From Macrostomum hystrix (Eukaryota; Animalia; Platyhelminthes): 64,000 nt of DNA. The notes below the pieces were generated by a model that saw only the letters and a list, made by a program, of their open reading frames with translations, was not told where the DNA came from and ran no database searches. This document shows, piece after piece, positions 1 through 12,212 of the stretch (the stretch's first letter is position 1; each line of letters starts with the position of its first letter). Both the position numbers and the translations under genes were made by a program. Location of the stretch: contig CATNEN010000033.1 in assembly GCA_950097015.1 (NCBI GenBank), positions 186,001-250,000 of the forward strand, written 5' to 3'.

Positions 1-1320
1 GAGAACTCGCTGACTGCTGCTGCTGCTGTGGCGGCAATAGTGGCGCAGCCTTGTCAAGCAACAACTGCAGCCGATTGCACCTGGCGTGCAGGCTGAAGAA
101 GCAGAACAGCAGAATGCAGCAGAGAGCCAGCAGGCTGCCGAGAACAACCCGACCGCTGCCGGCTCTGGCAGCCGAGCGTCGGCGAAGAGCGGCAGCCGCA
201 GCCGGCAGCGGCGGAACGGCCGACTGCAGGTCGGGCACAAGAGAATCGGCCTCTAGAGCGTCGACATCGTCTGAACTTACTCCGTCGCCGGCAGAAGCTG
301 AGGCAGCACCAGCGGCGCCGCCGGAGTCTCCAGCTTCGCCGACTGAGTCTCCAGGACGAGCAGCGTTAATGGCCGCCAGACCAACCGGTCCCCTGGCGGC
401 CAGGTAGGCGATGAGGCAGGCCCGCATGGCGCTAAAATGATCCGCCAGGCCTTTCTTAGCTGAGCTGTCAATCAGATTGCGGACAATTTTGAACAGTGAC
501 CGGGTGAAGCGCAGGTCGGTGGTGACGCGAAGGCGGCAGGAGTTGGGGCCGTGGCTGCGCAGGCAGTAGCGGGCCCTGGTGTGAAAGCTATCGCAGTAGG
601 GCACCTCGCGGCTGCGCACTGTCACATCCACGCAATAGGACCTGCCAGGCCGGCAGTCTGCGATGCGGTAGATTTGCTCCTCCACTTGCTGGGCGGAGCG
701 CGGCCCTACGGCGTTGTTTAACGGTAGGGTGAAGGTCACTCGGCGAGCGCGCCATTCGCCAACCGTAGCAGCGGAATCGTCCGCAGCGTCAGCCTCGGCT
801 CCCGTCGGCGGCTGTGTCGTCGGCGGAGGCGCCGGTCGCCAAGGCTCGGCGCAGACGTCTGTCATGCCGCGATGCCTGGCAAACTGACGAAACCAATTGG
901 ACTTGTGAGCGAACAGGCACTGGAAGACCGTGTCAACGCCAGCCGACAGCTGCACATTCAGGTATTCATCGGCGAAGTGCTCGTGTCGCTCGCACGGATC
1001 TGCCAGCTGGGCGCCGCTGGCCTCGCTAGTGTCTTCGCCGATGCAGTCACTGCGGTTACTTCGCCTGCTACGCAAGCCGAACTCGGCCGCCAGCGGGTCA
1101 ACGACGGGAGTCGATGACGCCTCTCCGTTGATTCCAACGCCGCTGCTGTTTCCGCCTCCGCCGCTGCCATCGTCGCCTCCCGTCTCGGAGGCGGTCGCCT
1201 GGACTGCAACCTCGTCATTGGACTCGTCCTGCGTGGCGGCGGAGCCCGCTCCGGCTGACGAGCGACGGCGCCCGCCGGAAGACGAGGTAGCGACAGGATC
1301 CAGGTCGTCCTCCACTTGGC
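1..1320 (-). CDS. GRAMD1: GRAMD1/Aster-like sterol transporter, exon with VASt domain and C-terminal TM helix (continues past left edge)
   Basis: Manual translation from AG acceptor at 1321-1322: ...YLNVQLSAGVDTVFQCLF...RRVTFTLPLNNAVGP...EQIYRI...YCVDVTVRSREVPYCDSFHTRARYCL...CRLRV...IVRNLIDSS (VASt-like), then hydrophobic VVLGSLLALCCILLFCFFSL. Phase-1 join with the upstream exon is consistent. Confidence 0.85.
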
Positions 1321-1367
1321 CTATCGTTGGGCAGAAGGTCATCGCTCAATATGTTTAGGTCACCGCA

Positions 1368-2558
1368 CTCTAGTCTCTATCCAGTTCGGTCATGACACTC
1401 CAGTCTCTATCCAGTTCGGTCATCACACTCCAGTCTCTATCCAGTTCGGTCATCACACTCCAGTCTCTATCCAGTTCGGTCATCACACTCCAGTCTCTAT
1501 CCAGTTCGGTCATCACACTCCAGTCTCAATCCAGTTCGGTCATCACACTCCAGTCTCTATCCAGTTCGGTCATCACACTCCAGTCTCTATCCAGTTCGGT
1601 CATCACACTCCAGTCTCTATCCAGTTCGGTCATCACACTCCAGTCTCTATCCAGTTCGGTCATCACACTCCAGTCTCTATCCAGTTCGGTCATCACACTC
1701 CAGTCTCAATCCAGTTCGGTCATCACACTCCAGTCTCTATCCAGTTCGGTCATCAAACTCCAGTCTCTATCCAGTTCGGTCATCACACTCCAGTCTCTAT
1801 CCAGTTCGGTCATCACACTCCAGTCTCTATCCAGTTCTGTCATGACACTCCAGTCTCTATCCAGTTCGGTCATCACACTCCAGTCTCTATCCAGTTCGGT
1901 CATCAAACTCCAGTCTCTATCCAGTTCGGTCATCACACTCCAGTCTCAATCCAGTTCGGTCATCACACTCCAGTCTCTATCCAGTTCTGTCATCACACTC
2001 CAGTCTCTATCCAGTTCTGTCATGACACTCCAGTCTCTATCCAGTTCTGTCATCACACTCCAGTCTCTATCCAGTTCGGTCATCACACTCCAGTCTCTAT
2101 CCAGTTCGGTCATCACACTCCAGTCTCTATCCAGTTCGGTCATGACACTCCAGTCTCTATCCAGTTCGGTCATGACACTCCAGTCTCTATCCAGTTCGGT
2201 CATCACACTCCAGTCTCTATCCAGTTCTGTCATGACACTCCAGTCTCTATCCAGTTCGGTCATGACACTCCAGTCTCTATCCAGTTCGGTCATCACACTC
2301 CAGTCTCTATCCAGTTCGGTCATCACACTCCAGTCTCTATCCAGTTCGGTCATCACACTCCAGTCTCTATCCAGTTCGGTCATCACACTCCAGTCTCTAT
2401 CCAGTTCGGTCATCACACTCCAGTCTCTATATCCAGTTCGGTCATCACACTCCAGTCTCTATCCAGTTCGGTCATCACACTCCAGTCTCTATCCAGTTCG
2501 GTCATCACACTCCAGTCTCTATCCAGTTCGGTCATCACACTCCAGTCTCAATCCAGTT
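1368..2558. repeat. 30-bp minisatellite (~40 copies) filling a GRAMD1 intron
   Basis: Unit CCAGTTCGGTCATCACACTCCAGTCTCTAT repeated almost perfectly. Confidence 0.97.
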
Positions 2559-2563
2559 CTCAC

Positions 2564-2864
2564 CCTGCTGGCTGCCGTAGGTATCTCGCACCAGTTCCCA
2601 GAACAGCATGGAGTCCAAGGGTTCAGGCCTGCACGCCTTCTGCCAGAGCAGGTGGAACACAGAGTGGACCCGGTCGCGCGAGCCGATGCTGGTGAAGAAA
2701 TAGCGCTCGGAGGCGGTCAGGACGCAGATGGCATTGGGAATGACTCGCGCAGTGCGCTCCTTATTGATGGAGGTGATGGACGTCAGTGGCACGGCGAATC
2801 GCGTCTCGAAGCCGATGATCTTGGAGTAGAAGCAGAGCCGAGAGGCGGTGGCGTACAGACGACC
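2564..2864 (-). CDS. GRAMD1: GRAMD1/Aster-like, GRAM domain exon
   Basis: GRLYATASRLCFYSKIIGFETRFAVPLTSITSINKERTARVIPNAI...YFFTSIGSRDRVHSVFHLLWQ is a typical GRAM domain. Acceptor CACAG, donor G|GTGAG, 301 nt (phase 0 to 1). Confidence 0.9.
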
Positions 2865-3304
2865 CTGTGTGGAAGCGGAAGCCAAATTTTTTAGAGGAAG
2901 TTTAGAGGAACAAAGTTTACATTTTTCTTGGCGCTTAGGATACTCGATAAAGGATAATTTTCTGTAAATAAAATATAAAAACGGGAATGCTAGGAAAAGT
3001 GGAGCTGACTCCTGAGCACACACGCACACAGATACCGTACGCAGGCACACGCTCACACAGGTGTGTACATCTGCCCTGACTTTGTATACTGCCACTGTGC
3101 CGATAGGCAAACGCACTAGACCGCTCTGCCACTGACACCCCTTTGAATAAGGATTCGGAGAGGAAGGGGAGAGAATTAAATGAGGAAGATGGGTAAAAGT
3201 GGAAAAAATGATAAAAAAGTTCTAGAGTAGATGAGAAAATTGGTAAGATGGATACAAATGAAGAAGAATATTAGCAAAAGACGGTCTAGAATAAAAGTGC
3301 ACAC

Positions 3305-3922
3305 CTGTACAAGCAGACCGCTGCGATCCCAAGCGCAGCTGGTGTCTGTGACGAGGCGTTCCTCCGCCGGCAAATCTTTGAATAGGCGGTGCAGCATGTC
3401 ATTGCGCTGCTTATATAGCGGACTGAAACTGCTGCTCAGCCGGGAGTGACTTCGAGACTTCTCAGATCTGTCACCGCTGGAATCGTAGTCGGTCGCGACT
3501 GTGGTCGAATTGGAGGCGGTGACGGGCGCTGCTGCTGCTGCTGCTGTTGCCGCCGCCGCAACTGCGCCCGAAGAGTTCATCAACTCGGTGTTGGACTCGG
3601 ACCGGCAGGTGGCCAAATCGAGCGAGGCAGCCGAGGCGGTCGCTGGGAAGGCTTGCTCATCGATGCCAACCACAAACTGGGCGCCTTCAGTGCGGCAACG
3701 GTGAAGATGAGGCGCTGGCTGCTGTTGCATGTCCGTGACCAGGCGCAGGTCCTGGTTCTCCACCCATTCCCTGGTGATGCTGCTGCTGCTGCCAGCATTC
3801 GAGGGCAAGTACACACCATCGCTTGACAGCTGGCCATTTAGGCTACTCGTAGAAGTTTTGCTTGTCTGCTGCTGCTGTTTCTGTCCATTTCTCTGGCCTC
3901 TGCCGCTGGAGCTGCTGCTCAT
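3305..3922 (-). CDS. GRAMD1: GRAMD1/Aster-like, first recognisable coding exon (low-complexity N-terminus, start of GRAM)
   Basis: Ends in YKQRNDMLHRLFKDLPAEERLVTDTSCAWDRSGLLVQ|GT; 618 nt, phase 0, joins in frame to GRLY. Start codon uncertain because acceptor-like AGs lie just upstream. Confidence 0.8.
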
Positions 3923-5291
3923 GCCAACTGTAAGACTGTAGGCTGCAAATATAGAACAAAAGCACTTACATTTTGTAGTATAACACTAGCCAAATGGCAA
4001 GTTAACATAAATACACAGTAAGAATCTGGTTATTTTACTGGACCCATATGTCACCATTGGTTTCTATAAAAACAGCTGTATAGTATTTTTTGGAAGAGAT
4101 AGGCCTAAGTTATTCTTTGTTTAGTCCATAATATATAGTGAAAACAAGGTCAAAATTTGTCACAATTAAAATATATTCTAAAATAAAAGCTACTAATGTA
4201 GTGTTACCTTATTTAAGCTTAATCTGTCATATAAATTGGAAAATGCAATATAGGATTAGCTATAAATATAGTAATAAAAATAATAACAAAAGTAATAACC
4301 TCTTATCAATCTCTTCGGGAACATCTAGAAATGTCAAAGATAGGAGCTTCAAATATATAATGAAACATTATTTTATAATTGTTAATGAAAGAAAACATAT
4401 ATTACTATATAAATACCTTCTGGATACAATCCAAAACACCAAGAAATTGTCAGCTGTCCTAAATTTATACCATAAAATTTTGTTCTGAAACATGCAACAT
4501 ATGATCCTAAATATTGCATTGCAATAAATATACCAAAAATATTTATATTTTTAAACGTGGTCCAAGAACAATGAAAAATACATGCTTAGGCCTATCCAAA
4601 CAAAAAACTTCTGTCAAAAAATTTACTTGTAACCCAATTATCTAGTTTTGTAACTAAGTAGTTAAGCATACTTAGTACAGTTACAGTAGTAGGCCTATGC
4701 CTTAGTGCCAATAGTTAACTATTGGTCTAGAATAGTTAGCTATTAAATCAAGACAATATGCATATATATATTGAATAAAAAACACATTAAGATACCAAAG
4801 TTTTCATGTCTAAATATAGACTCGCGTTTTGATCAATAAAATATATAATAATAACATAAATATATTTCACATACATTAGGCCTGGCCTGGTATGGTAGGC
4901 ATATATAGCTATATATATATGCCTATTTAGGCAATAAGCATTGCCTGCTGGCACCAAATGATGTGCCAGTGCGCACAACCCTCCTCCAATATCAGTACAT
5001 TAAAGTAGCTGAACACAAGCGACAGGCCAGATCACAGCTGACTTATTTTCCTTTTTGGTCACGGAGATGGTGCGACTTACAAAAGTACATAGTTAATTCC
5101 CCGAAATGCTGCTATTAAAAGTGAGAAAATTGTCATATGTAGAACAAGATCACGCATTTTATACAGGTAATCATCGTGCCTTGAAGGTCTGCTTTTTGGA
5201 GACATTGTAGAAATTTAAGTAAAAAATAGTTGTTTTACTAAGCATTTTCCACTTTATTGCCGCGAACATATTCAACTGCAGCATACAAAAT

Positions 5292-5994
5292 TTAATATGG
5301 CAGAGCTTATTCCCACGGTCCCGTGCCGATAATTTTAATTTTATCCACACGGATCCGTGCCGATAATTTTCTGCTTATCCACACGGCAGCTTATATGAAT
5401 GGTTTCCGCGCATTTCGGTGCCTGTGCTTTTCGGTGCCGAGCGTTTCGGTGCCCGGTCTTGCTTTTCGTTCCCCATCCAATTTTGCATTGTCAGTCAGTA
5501 AAGCGCTTTATTACTGATGATAAACAATACTTAAATACAAATTGTGGCTAATATGCCTGTCCTTGCGCGTTTATTATCCTTTGTTTTTTTCTACCGTTTG
5601 AAAGCTTACGTTTCTGAGAAACACTGCTAAAATGTAATTTGCTCCATTGCCTTTTGAATGTACACAACGCAAAGTCGACAAATCGACAATCTGACATTAA
5701 TGTTGGTTAATGAATGTGTAGGTCGAAATGTAGAACACAGTCGTAACACACTGGCAACTTTGTCGATCTATTGGCTCGAGGGTTCAACAAAACGTTCAAA
5801 CCCGAAAGGGCTTTGTTTCAAAAAAACAGAACCGTGTGGATAAAATTGAAATTAACGGCACGGCATATATAAAGAGTTGTAGACCTATTCATACAAGCTG
5901 CCGTGTGGATAAGCAGAAAATTATCGGCACGGATCCGTGTGGATAAAATTAAAATTATCGGCACGGGACCGTGGGAATAAGCACTTCCATTTAA
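5292..5994. mobile_element. Non-autonomous DNA transposon / MITE-like element with 96-bp terminal inverted repeats
   Basis: 5305-5400 is the reverse complement of 5887-5982 with one mismatch. Each arm has two copies of CCGTGCCGATAATTTT. TTAA lies outside both arms. No coding capacity inside. Confidence 0.75.
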
Positions 5995-7627
5995 TATTCG
6001 TGCAATTTACCGTGTCGCCTTTCTGAAAAGTATCAGTAAATGTAAAACTATCAGGACACAATTCTACGAAAGAATAAAATTCAAGCGTCTGAAAAGAGAT
6101 TCGACTTCGAGATTCGATTCTGAAACACAAATTCACAATTTTAAGAACTTTTTTCTCATTTTTAAAAGCGCGTGTAGTAGTTAATTTGCCATCAAAACGA
6201 CTAAAACGAGACTAAAACGAGTATATAAAGTAAAGACTATAATTTTGTAGTTTACCGTCTGTACTATAATACAGACGGTAAACTACTATACTTACTATAA
6301 TAGTAAGGCTAAATAAAATATTTTTTTGTAGCGAAATTGTGGTTTAGGATTTTGGCCATGCATACGAGGCGTGCACTGCGAAATTCAAAATGAGAGTTTT
6401 GTTTAGTTTAACACAGTAGCCCAGTACTATAGAAATATTGCAGTTGTTTGTGTAGTTCACACTTGAAAGTCGTTTCATTGCACACAAATGCTAGCCTTGA
6501 TTATGTAAGGTACACTTATAAATTTATTAATGTTTATTAGTAACTCGAATTGTGGCACGATTACTTGATTTCCCATCTGAAAATTAAATTCGCTTTGATG
6601 AAATACTCTGAACGACTAGATAAATATCTTCATAGAAAAAATATCCATTCGCATAGGCTATAATTAAAGTATGCAATCGAAAGCAACAAAAGCTGTAGCA
6701 TTAAGAACATTAAATAGTTTTTCTATTCATTCAGCAGAGCAAGCAAAGTCAGTAATTAAAATCATTACTCTAAGTAGCAGTGTAGCAACTCCATAAATAT
6801 TCTTGGGTAGACGCTATCGGATGCACGCCTGCTTGTATATGAAATAAAAGTATAGATGTGTCCAGAACGCGAAATTGCTGTGAGGCTGGATGCGAAGCGC
6901 TCGTCATAATTTATTACATAATTTCCAGGTGCAAATGCATTTCACTACAACTCTTGTTAGAAATTTATGCCTGAGCACTAAGCTCAAAACGAATTCGCTA
7001 TCCCTCGCACAAGTTTCTATTGTCAAATGATGAACCTGCTTAAGCTATTGTACTTTCGCAGCATTACTACATGTATCATGCTCAGCATCTAATAAAGAGC
7101 TGATTATAGTACATTACTTTTGTCAAACTTCTGATCTCAAATTGGCAGGCCTTCTTGTTTATTTTGTTCCAACTCAAAGAACTGACGGTTATTAAGCTCT
7201 CATCTTTCCTGGTCAAAAACCCAAAACAATGAGCGCAATGGCATCTCAGTGGGCCGCGGGGCGAAATGGTCTATACTGCTGAGGACAGTGTTTGTATGGA
7301 CTCAAACTCACGTAAACACGGCAGCGCGGAGTGTGCGACGCGGCATATGTTTATAGTCTATTTCGCTTGCTTCACTCCATCATCACGTCTCCCTGGGCCG
7401 TCAAGCCAGTCTTCACCCACCCTCACTCGACCCTATTAGACAGCAGGGCAGTAAAAATGGCAATGAGAGTTTTTCTTAGTCTTAAAGCACTCATCCAACT
7501 GACCACCCTTGCAAGATAAGGGCAGCGCAAGTCTCGTTGTTCGTCTCTTAGCACCCCAGAAGCAGCAAGTATCAGTAGATCGAAAAAATACAGCATAACG
7601 ACATACAGCACAGACACGTACAGCATT

Positions 7628-9262
7628 ATGCCTGTCCAGAAGCAGCAGCAGCCACTACCACCGCCACCGCCATCAGGAGCTGTGGACGGCAACAAATGGG
7701 GCCTAGACGAGGCAGACATCGAAGCCATATTCGTCTCGATGCAGGCTCCTCCGCGGGCGCCAGTTCGAGAACCAACAGTCCTGCCTCCGAGCCAGGTGGA
7801 GCTGACGGAGGAGGACCAACTGGAGCTGGCAAAGATTCAACAGCGAGAAGCCGAGGGCCGCGTCAGGAAGACGACGCGGAGCTCAGAACTGCACCCGGCG
7901 GTTGTTGGGCACAACAAGTCGGAAGCGAAACACACTCAGCGCCTGCTCCGGCAGTGGTTCTTTGAGCAGCGCTACCAGCTAGACAAGGTCAGCAACGCGC
8001 AGAGGGCAACTTATCTGCAGCTACGCCAGCTGCACGTTGACAGGAGGCGCCAAATGCGAGAGCTGATGAACTACCGACGCGAGGAGGCCCGGGCAGAAGT
8101 GCAGCGAGAGCGCGATAGGCAGCAGCGAGCTAAAGAGCTGGCCTTTTTGGAGAAGCAGATGGAGAAGCTTCGTGAAGAGGAGGCTCTCGATATGCGACTT
8201 GGCAGCCCAGACGAAGCTCAGCAGAGATTGCCTCCAGCGAAGAAGAAAAAGACGAAAGCGGCTATGGCCAGGGAGGCGGATGCGGCCGTGGCTGCCATCG
8301 CGGCGGCTACCATAGAGGCAGCTGCCACAGAGGAGACGGCGATGACAGTGAAGTCAGCCAGGGGGGCACTGCGGGAGGAGCCGGACGCAAAACATACTCC
8401 ACAGAAGCAGGATTTCGAAACTCAGAAGCAAGTTGTCACAATGACGTCCAAAGTTATTGAGGTTGAGAGGCGTGGCATGCAGGCAGTTCGGCAGGGTTCT
8501 GACGTCATGGCAGTGCTTGAGCGTTCGCGTAGTAAGAGCTTTATTCGCGAGTCAAAAGCTGTCCCGCCATTGCAGCAGCAGCAGCAGCAAGCATCGGAAG
8601 CGAGTCCAGAAAAGCCGCTTCCATCATCGACTGTGGCTGAGCCAAACAGAAAGACTGCACAAGGAGTCACAGAGATGGAAGAGAAGTCAAAGCATGATCC
8701 AACGCCGCCTCCCCCGCCGACGCTGCCAGTCCTGAGGCAGTCTGAAGCAGAGAAGCTGCCCCTGACACAGGTGGAGAAGAATCGACTCCGGGCCAAGCGC
8801 AGAGAGGAGGCATCGCAGCGGCTGCTACTCGAGCCCTACACGCACTATCGCATGATCAAGGGTGGCGAGATCGAGCCGGTTGAGTTTCAACCACCGAAGT
8901 TTCCAACCACTGAGCCCTCAAATCGGCCATTGTATGAGCAGCACAAGCGACTGGAGCGGGAGAAGGCAAACTATTTGTCCAGCATGAACAGGCTGGGCCA
9001 ATTCACTGCCGAAGTGCTCAACGAAGATATTCGACTTTCTCAGGCCTTCGAAATGCCGAAGGAGAAGCAGAGCAAGTCGAAGCCGCCCAAGGAGCTGAAG
9101 CTGGGCCCGTCCGACTGGATGAAGGTCTTCATCCGCACCAACGCCCCAGAGGACGTGGAAGCAGGCAGCTTTGAGGCTATGAAGTACGTCGAATACTTGA
9201 GGCCCGAGGCGCCAAACACCAACAGAGAGATGGAGCCTGAAAAGCTGTTTGAAGACGTTTGA
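7628..9262 (+). CDS. Uncharacterised 544-aa coiled-coil, Q/E/K/R/P-rich protein (one large exon; N-terminus may extend to ~7520)
   Basis: Long non-repetitive GC-rich ORF with composition like neighbouring exons. Charged heptad-like segment RRRQMRELMNYRREEARAEVQRERDRQQRAKELAFLEKQMEKLREEE. No family recognised. Confidence 0.75.
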   Translation: MPVQKQQQPLPPPPPSGAVDGNKWGLDEADIEAIFVSMQAPPRAPVREPTVLPPSQVELTEEDQLELAKIQQREAEGRVRKTTRSSELHPAVVGHNKSEAKHTQRLLRQWFFEQRYQLDKVSNAQRATYLQLRQLHVDRRRQMRELMNYRREEARAEVQRERDRQQRAKELAFLEKQMEKLREEEALDMRLGSPDEAQQRLPPAKKKKTKAAMAREADAAVAAIAAATIEAAATEETAMTVKSARGALREEPDAKHTPQKQDFETQKQVVTMTSKVIEVERRGMQAVRQGSDVMAVLERSRSKSFIRESKAVPPLQQQQQQASEASPEKPLPSSTVAEPNRKTAQGVTEMEEKSKHDPTPPPPPTLPVLRQSEAEKLPLTQVEKNRLRAKRREEASQRLLLEPYTHYRMIKGGEIEPVEFQPPKFPTTEPSNRPLYEQHKRLEREKANYLSSMNRLGQFTAEVLNEDIRLSQAFEMPKEKQSKSKPPKELKLGPSDWMKVFIRTNAPEDVEAGSFEAMKYVEYLRPEAPNTNREMEPEKLFEDV

Positions 9263-10318
9263 CTAAAATGATTTTCCAGTTGTGCACGCACAGAGATCAG
9301 CGGGCTGCTTACTTTGCTGAAAGCAAGAACAGAAGATCTGTGTACACTACTGTGACTGTACAGTCTTATAGAGCGCCTTCCACTCATCAAGTATAGCTTT
9401 GCATGTACACAAACAGGCAGATGTTTTTCTACTATTTTAATGCTTTATTGCGGTTTGTATCATTTTTTAATTCAGAAAAGTGCTAAAACGACAAAATTTC
9501 TCGTATATACTCGTAAAATGAGACCTCTTTTTTAAACTACGCATATGGTAAGATGTTTTAAGCAGCAAACGTAAGAACCACGTGCGCACATTAAAAGTAA
9601 AACTACACTGTCAGAGGGAAGTCCAGATAAATGCAAAACATTTGCTCTAGATTGTCTTTGTGTTAAAGGCGACTATAAAATAGGAGGCCGTCAGGGCGTA
9701 GTCCACGGCAACGCTTACAACAACAATAACAATTATAGCAATAACAACAACGACCGCAACAACAAAGCAGCTGGTTGCAGGGTGGCTGTTTAAGCGGTAC
9801 GGCTTCTCTGACCTGACCTGAGGGCGCAGGTCTCAGTGTTGTAAAGCATGAGTGCCTGAAAACATTCATTGCCTGTCTCTAGCAATCAGGCACGGTTACT
9901 TTTAGCTGGTGATAGCAGCATGTACTTTCTCTTTAGTGCATATGCGAGAGCCATTAACGTAAGCTCGGTGTGTTATTCCAGTTGTTTGTTTTGTTAGTTG
10001 ACCGGTACGTCATCAATTTGCATGCAGGTGTTAATGAACTTGTGGCTTGTTGTTGTGAAACTCCATTTCGGCCAGCGTGACATGCTCGCATTCCTATCGG
10101 CAGTACATCGTGTCCCCAAGCCGTAAACAAGTACGAATTTTCGGAAAGCAAAATATATTTGTTAAATCGTTTTCTTCAGCTCGAGTTGTCACGACAATTA
10201 TCCACGATTATGCATTTTTAAAGCGATTTAACAATGAAAATAAAGAAGCATGTAAAATAGCAGGGGCATCTTTTTCAAAGTGCCAGCAGCTCTCTGAAAG
10301 CAGTTTCCACGAGTAGCG

Positions 10319-10684
10319 TCAGTTCTTGTAGGCCTTGGCGGGGTCGATCTGTTGAGCTTTCCAGTCATTGAAGCTGCCAGTGTAGACACTAACGTTGGTG
10401 AACTCTAGCTTGATCAGCTCCTCAGCAGCTAGACCTGCCCGCCTCCCGGACATGCAGGTGACTGTGATCGCGTCGTCCTTTTTCGGCTTGTCGCCATGGT
10501 AGCGCCTCTTGAACTCCGCCTCTGACAGCTGCATGGCTTCAGCGATTTCGGTGTGCGGCACTAGCAGGTATTTTGGATAGCAGCCGTGCGCTTCGAGCTC
10601 CTCCTTAGAGCGAACATCCAACAGTAGGCCCGTGTTGGACTTCAGCATCCGGACAACGTCATCGTAGGTAACTGGCTTGGTCAT
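10319..10684 (-). CDS. Single-domain rhodanese / thiosulfate sulfurtransferase (TSTD1/TSTD3/Hsp67Bb-like)
   Basis: LLLDVRSKEE...G, catalytic loop TCMSGRRAG and C-terminal VYTGSFNDW are rhodanese hallmarks. An acceptor TTTTCTAG lies 48 nt upstream with the frame open, so upstream exons are possible. Confidence 0.92.
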   Translation of the reverse strand: MTKPVTYDDVVRMLKSNTGLLLDVRSKEELEAHGCYPKYLLVPHTEIAEAMQLSEAEFKRRYHGDKPKKDDAITVTCMSGRRAGLAAEELIKLEFTNVSVYTGSFNDWKAQQIDPAKAYKN

Positions 10685-10809
10685 GGCGTCTCCTGTCTTC
10701 TGAACAGACTGGAATGTGGGCAGCGGTTCGACCTAGAAAACGGGGCATCATTTAGTGTAAACCTCCCGTTTCCTTCATTGATTTAACTCAACTCACCTCT
10801 CCTATTGCC

Positions 10810-11225
10810 CCCAGTAGATCTCTACCCCTCTCCCGCTGCCCTTCAATAGATCTCTACCCCTCTCCCACTGCCCTTCAATAGATCTCTACCTCTCTCCCAC
10901 TGCCCTTCAATAGATCTCTACCTCTCTCCCACTGCCCTTCAATAGATCTCTACCCCTCTCCCGCTGCCCTTCAATAGATCTCTACCCTCTCTCCCACTGC
11001 CCTTCAATAGATCTCTACCTCTCTCCCACTGCCCTTCAATAGATCTCTACCCCTCTCCCACTGCCCTTCAATAGATCTCTACCCCTCTCCCACTGCCCTT
11101 CAATAGATCTCTACCTCTCTCCCACTGCCCTTCAATAGATCTCTACCCCTCTCCCACTGCCCTTCAATAGATCTCTACCCCTCTCCCACTGCCCTTCAAT
11201 AGGTCTCTACCCCTCTCCCACTTGC
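10810..11225. repeat. 32-bp minisatellite (~13 copies)
   Basis: Unit GATCTCTACCCCTCTCCCACTGCCCTTCAATA. Confidence 0.95.
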
Positions 11226-11654
11226 CCTTTAGTCGGGAACCTTTAGCTTTCTATATTTTGACATAGTTCTAATAATTTGTTCTAATACCTACTGTACTAT
11301 AAAAAACCAAGCGGACACAAAAGGGCAAAGTTAAATCCAAACAAACATTAGGCAGTTTACATAACTCACCCAGCACTGGACACAATAGCCTTATAGTTGC
11401 AGCACGAAAAATGTCGACGCTCTACTAAAACTGAGGCTTCAATGCTTTTATAAGCATCCCACCCACTGTTGCCTCTCACTATCACTATAATTTTCTGTCT
11501 GCACTGTCCTGTGGCCGCTGGGCAGATTTTTTTCTATCTATCTCTTAAATGCCCTTTTACCAACTCTGAATTGTTTTGCTATCCGAGTACAATTCACCGA
11601 ATTAGCTGGTAGCTGTTTCGCTGCAAGTCGATAGCAGAAGTCAAGTACAAACGT

Positions 11655-12212
11655 AGCTGGAACAGAGCCTAGAACCGTAGCTGGAGCAGTACCTAGAACC
11701 GTAGCTGGAGCAGTACCTAGAAAAGTAGCTGGAGCAGTACCTAGAGCCGTAGCTGAAGCAGTACCTAGAACCGTAGCTGGAGCAGTACCTAGAACCGTAG
11801 CTGGAGCAGTACCTAGAGCCGTAGCTGAAGCAGTACCTAGAACCGTAGCTGGAGCAGTACCTAGAACCGTAGCTGGAGCAGTACCTAGAACCGTAGCTGG
11901 AGCAGTACCTAGAACCGTAGCTGGAGCAGTACCTAGAACCGTAGCTGGACCAGTACCTAGAACCGTAGCTGGAGCAGTACCTAGAACCGTAGCTGGAGCA
12001 GTACCTAGAACCGTAGCTGGAGCAGTACCTAGAACCGTAGCTGGACCAGTACCTAGAACCGTAGCTGGAGCAGTACCTAGAACCGTAGCTGGAGCAGTAC
12101 CTAGAACCGTAGCTGGAGCAGTACCTAGAACCGTAGCTGGAGCAGTACCTAGAACCGTAGCTGGAGCAGTACCTAGAACCGTAGCTGGAGCAGTACCTAG
12201 AGCCGTAGCTGG
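11655..12212. repeat. 24-bp minisatellite (~23 copies)
   Basis: Unit GTAGCTGGAGCAGTACCTAGAACC. Confidence 0.95.

Noticed and set aside
51-1358. + strand GC-rich ORFs at 51-407, 814-1358 and similar ones over CCDC186 and InR exons
   Set aside because: Antisense shadows of GC-rich - strand coding exons
1316-2894. 459-aa and 500-aa ORFs (HHTPVSIQFG / SSSVITLQSL repeats)
   Set aside because: Translations of a 30-bp intronic minisatellite, antisense to GRAMD1; several frames are open simply because the unit is a multiple of 3
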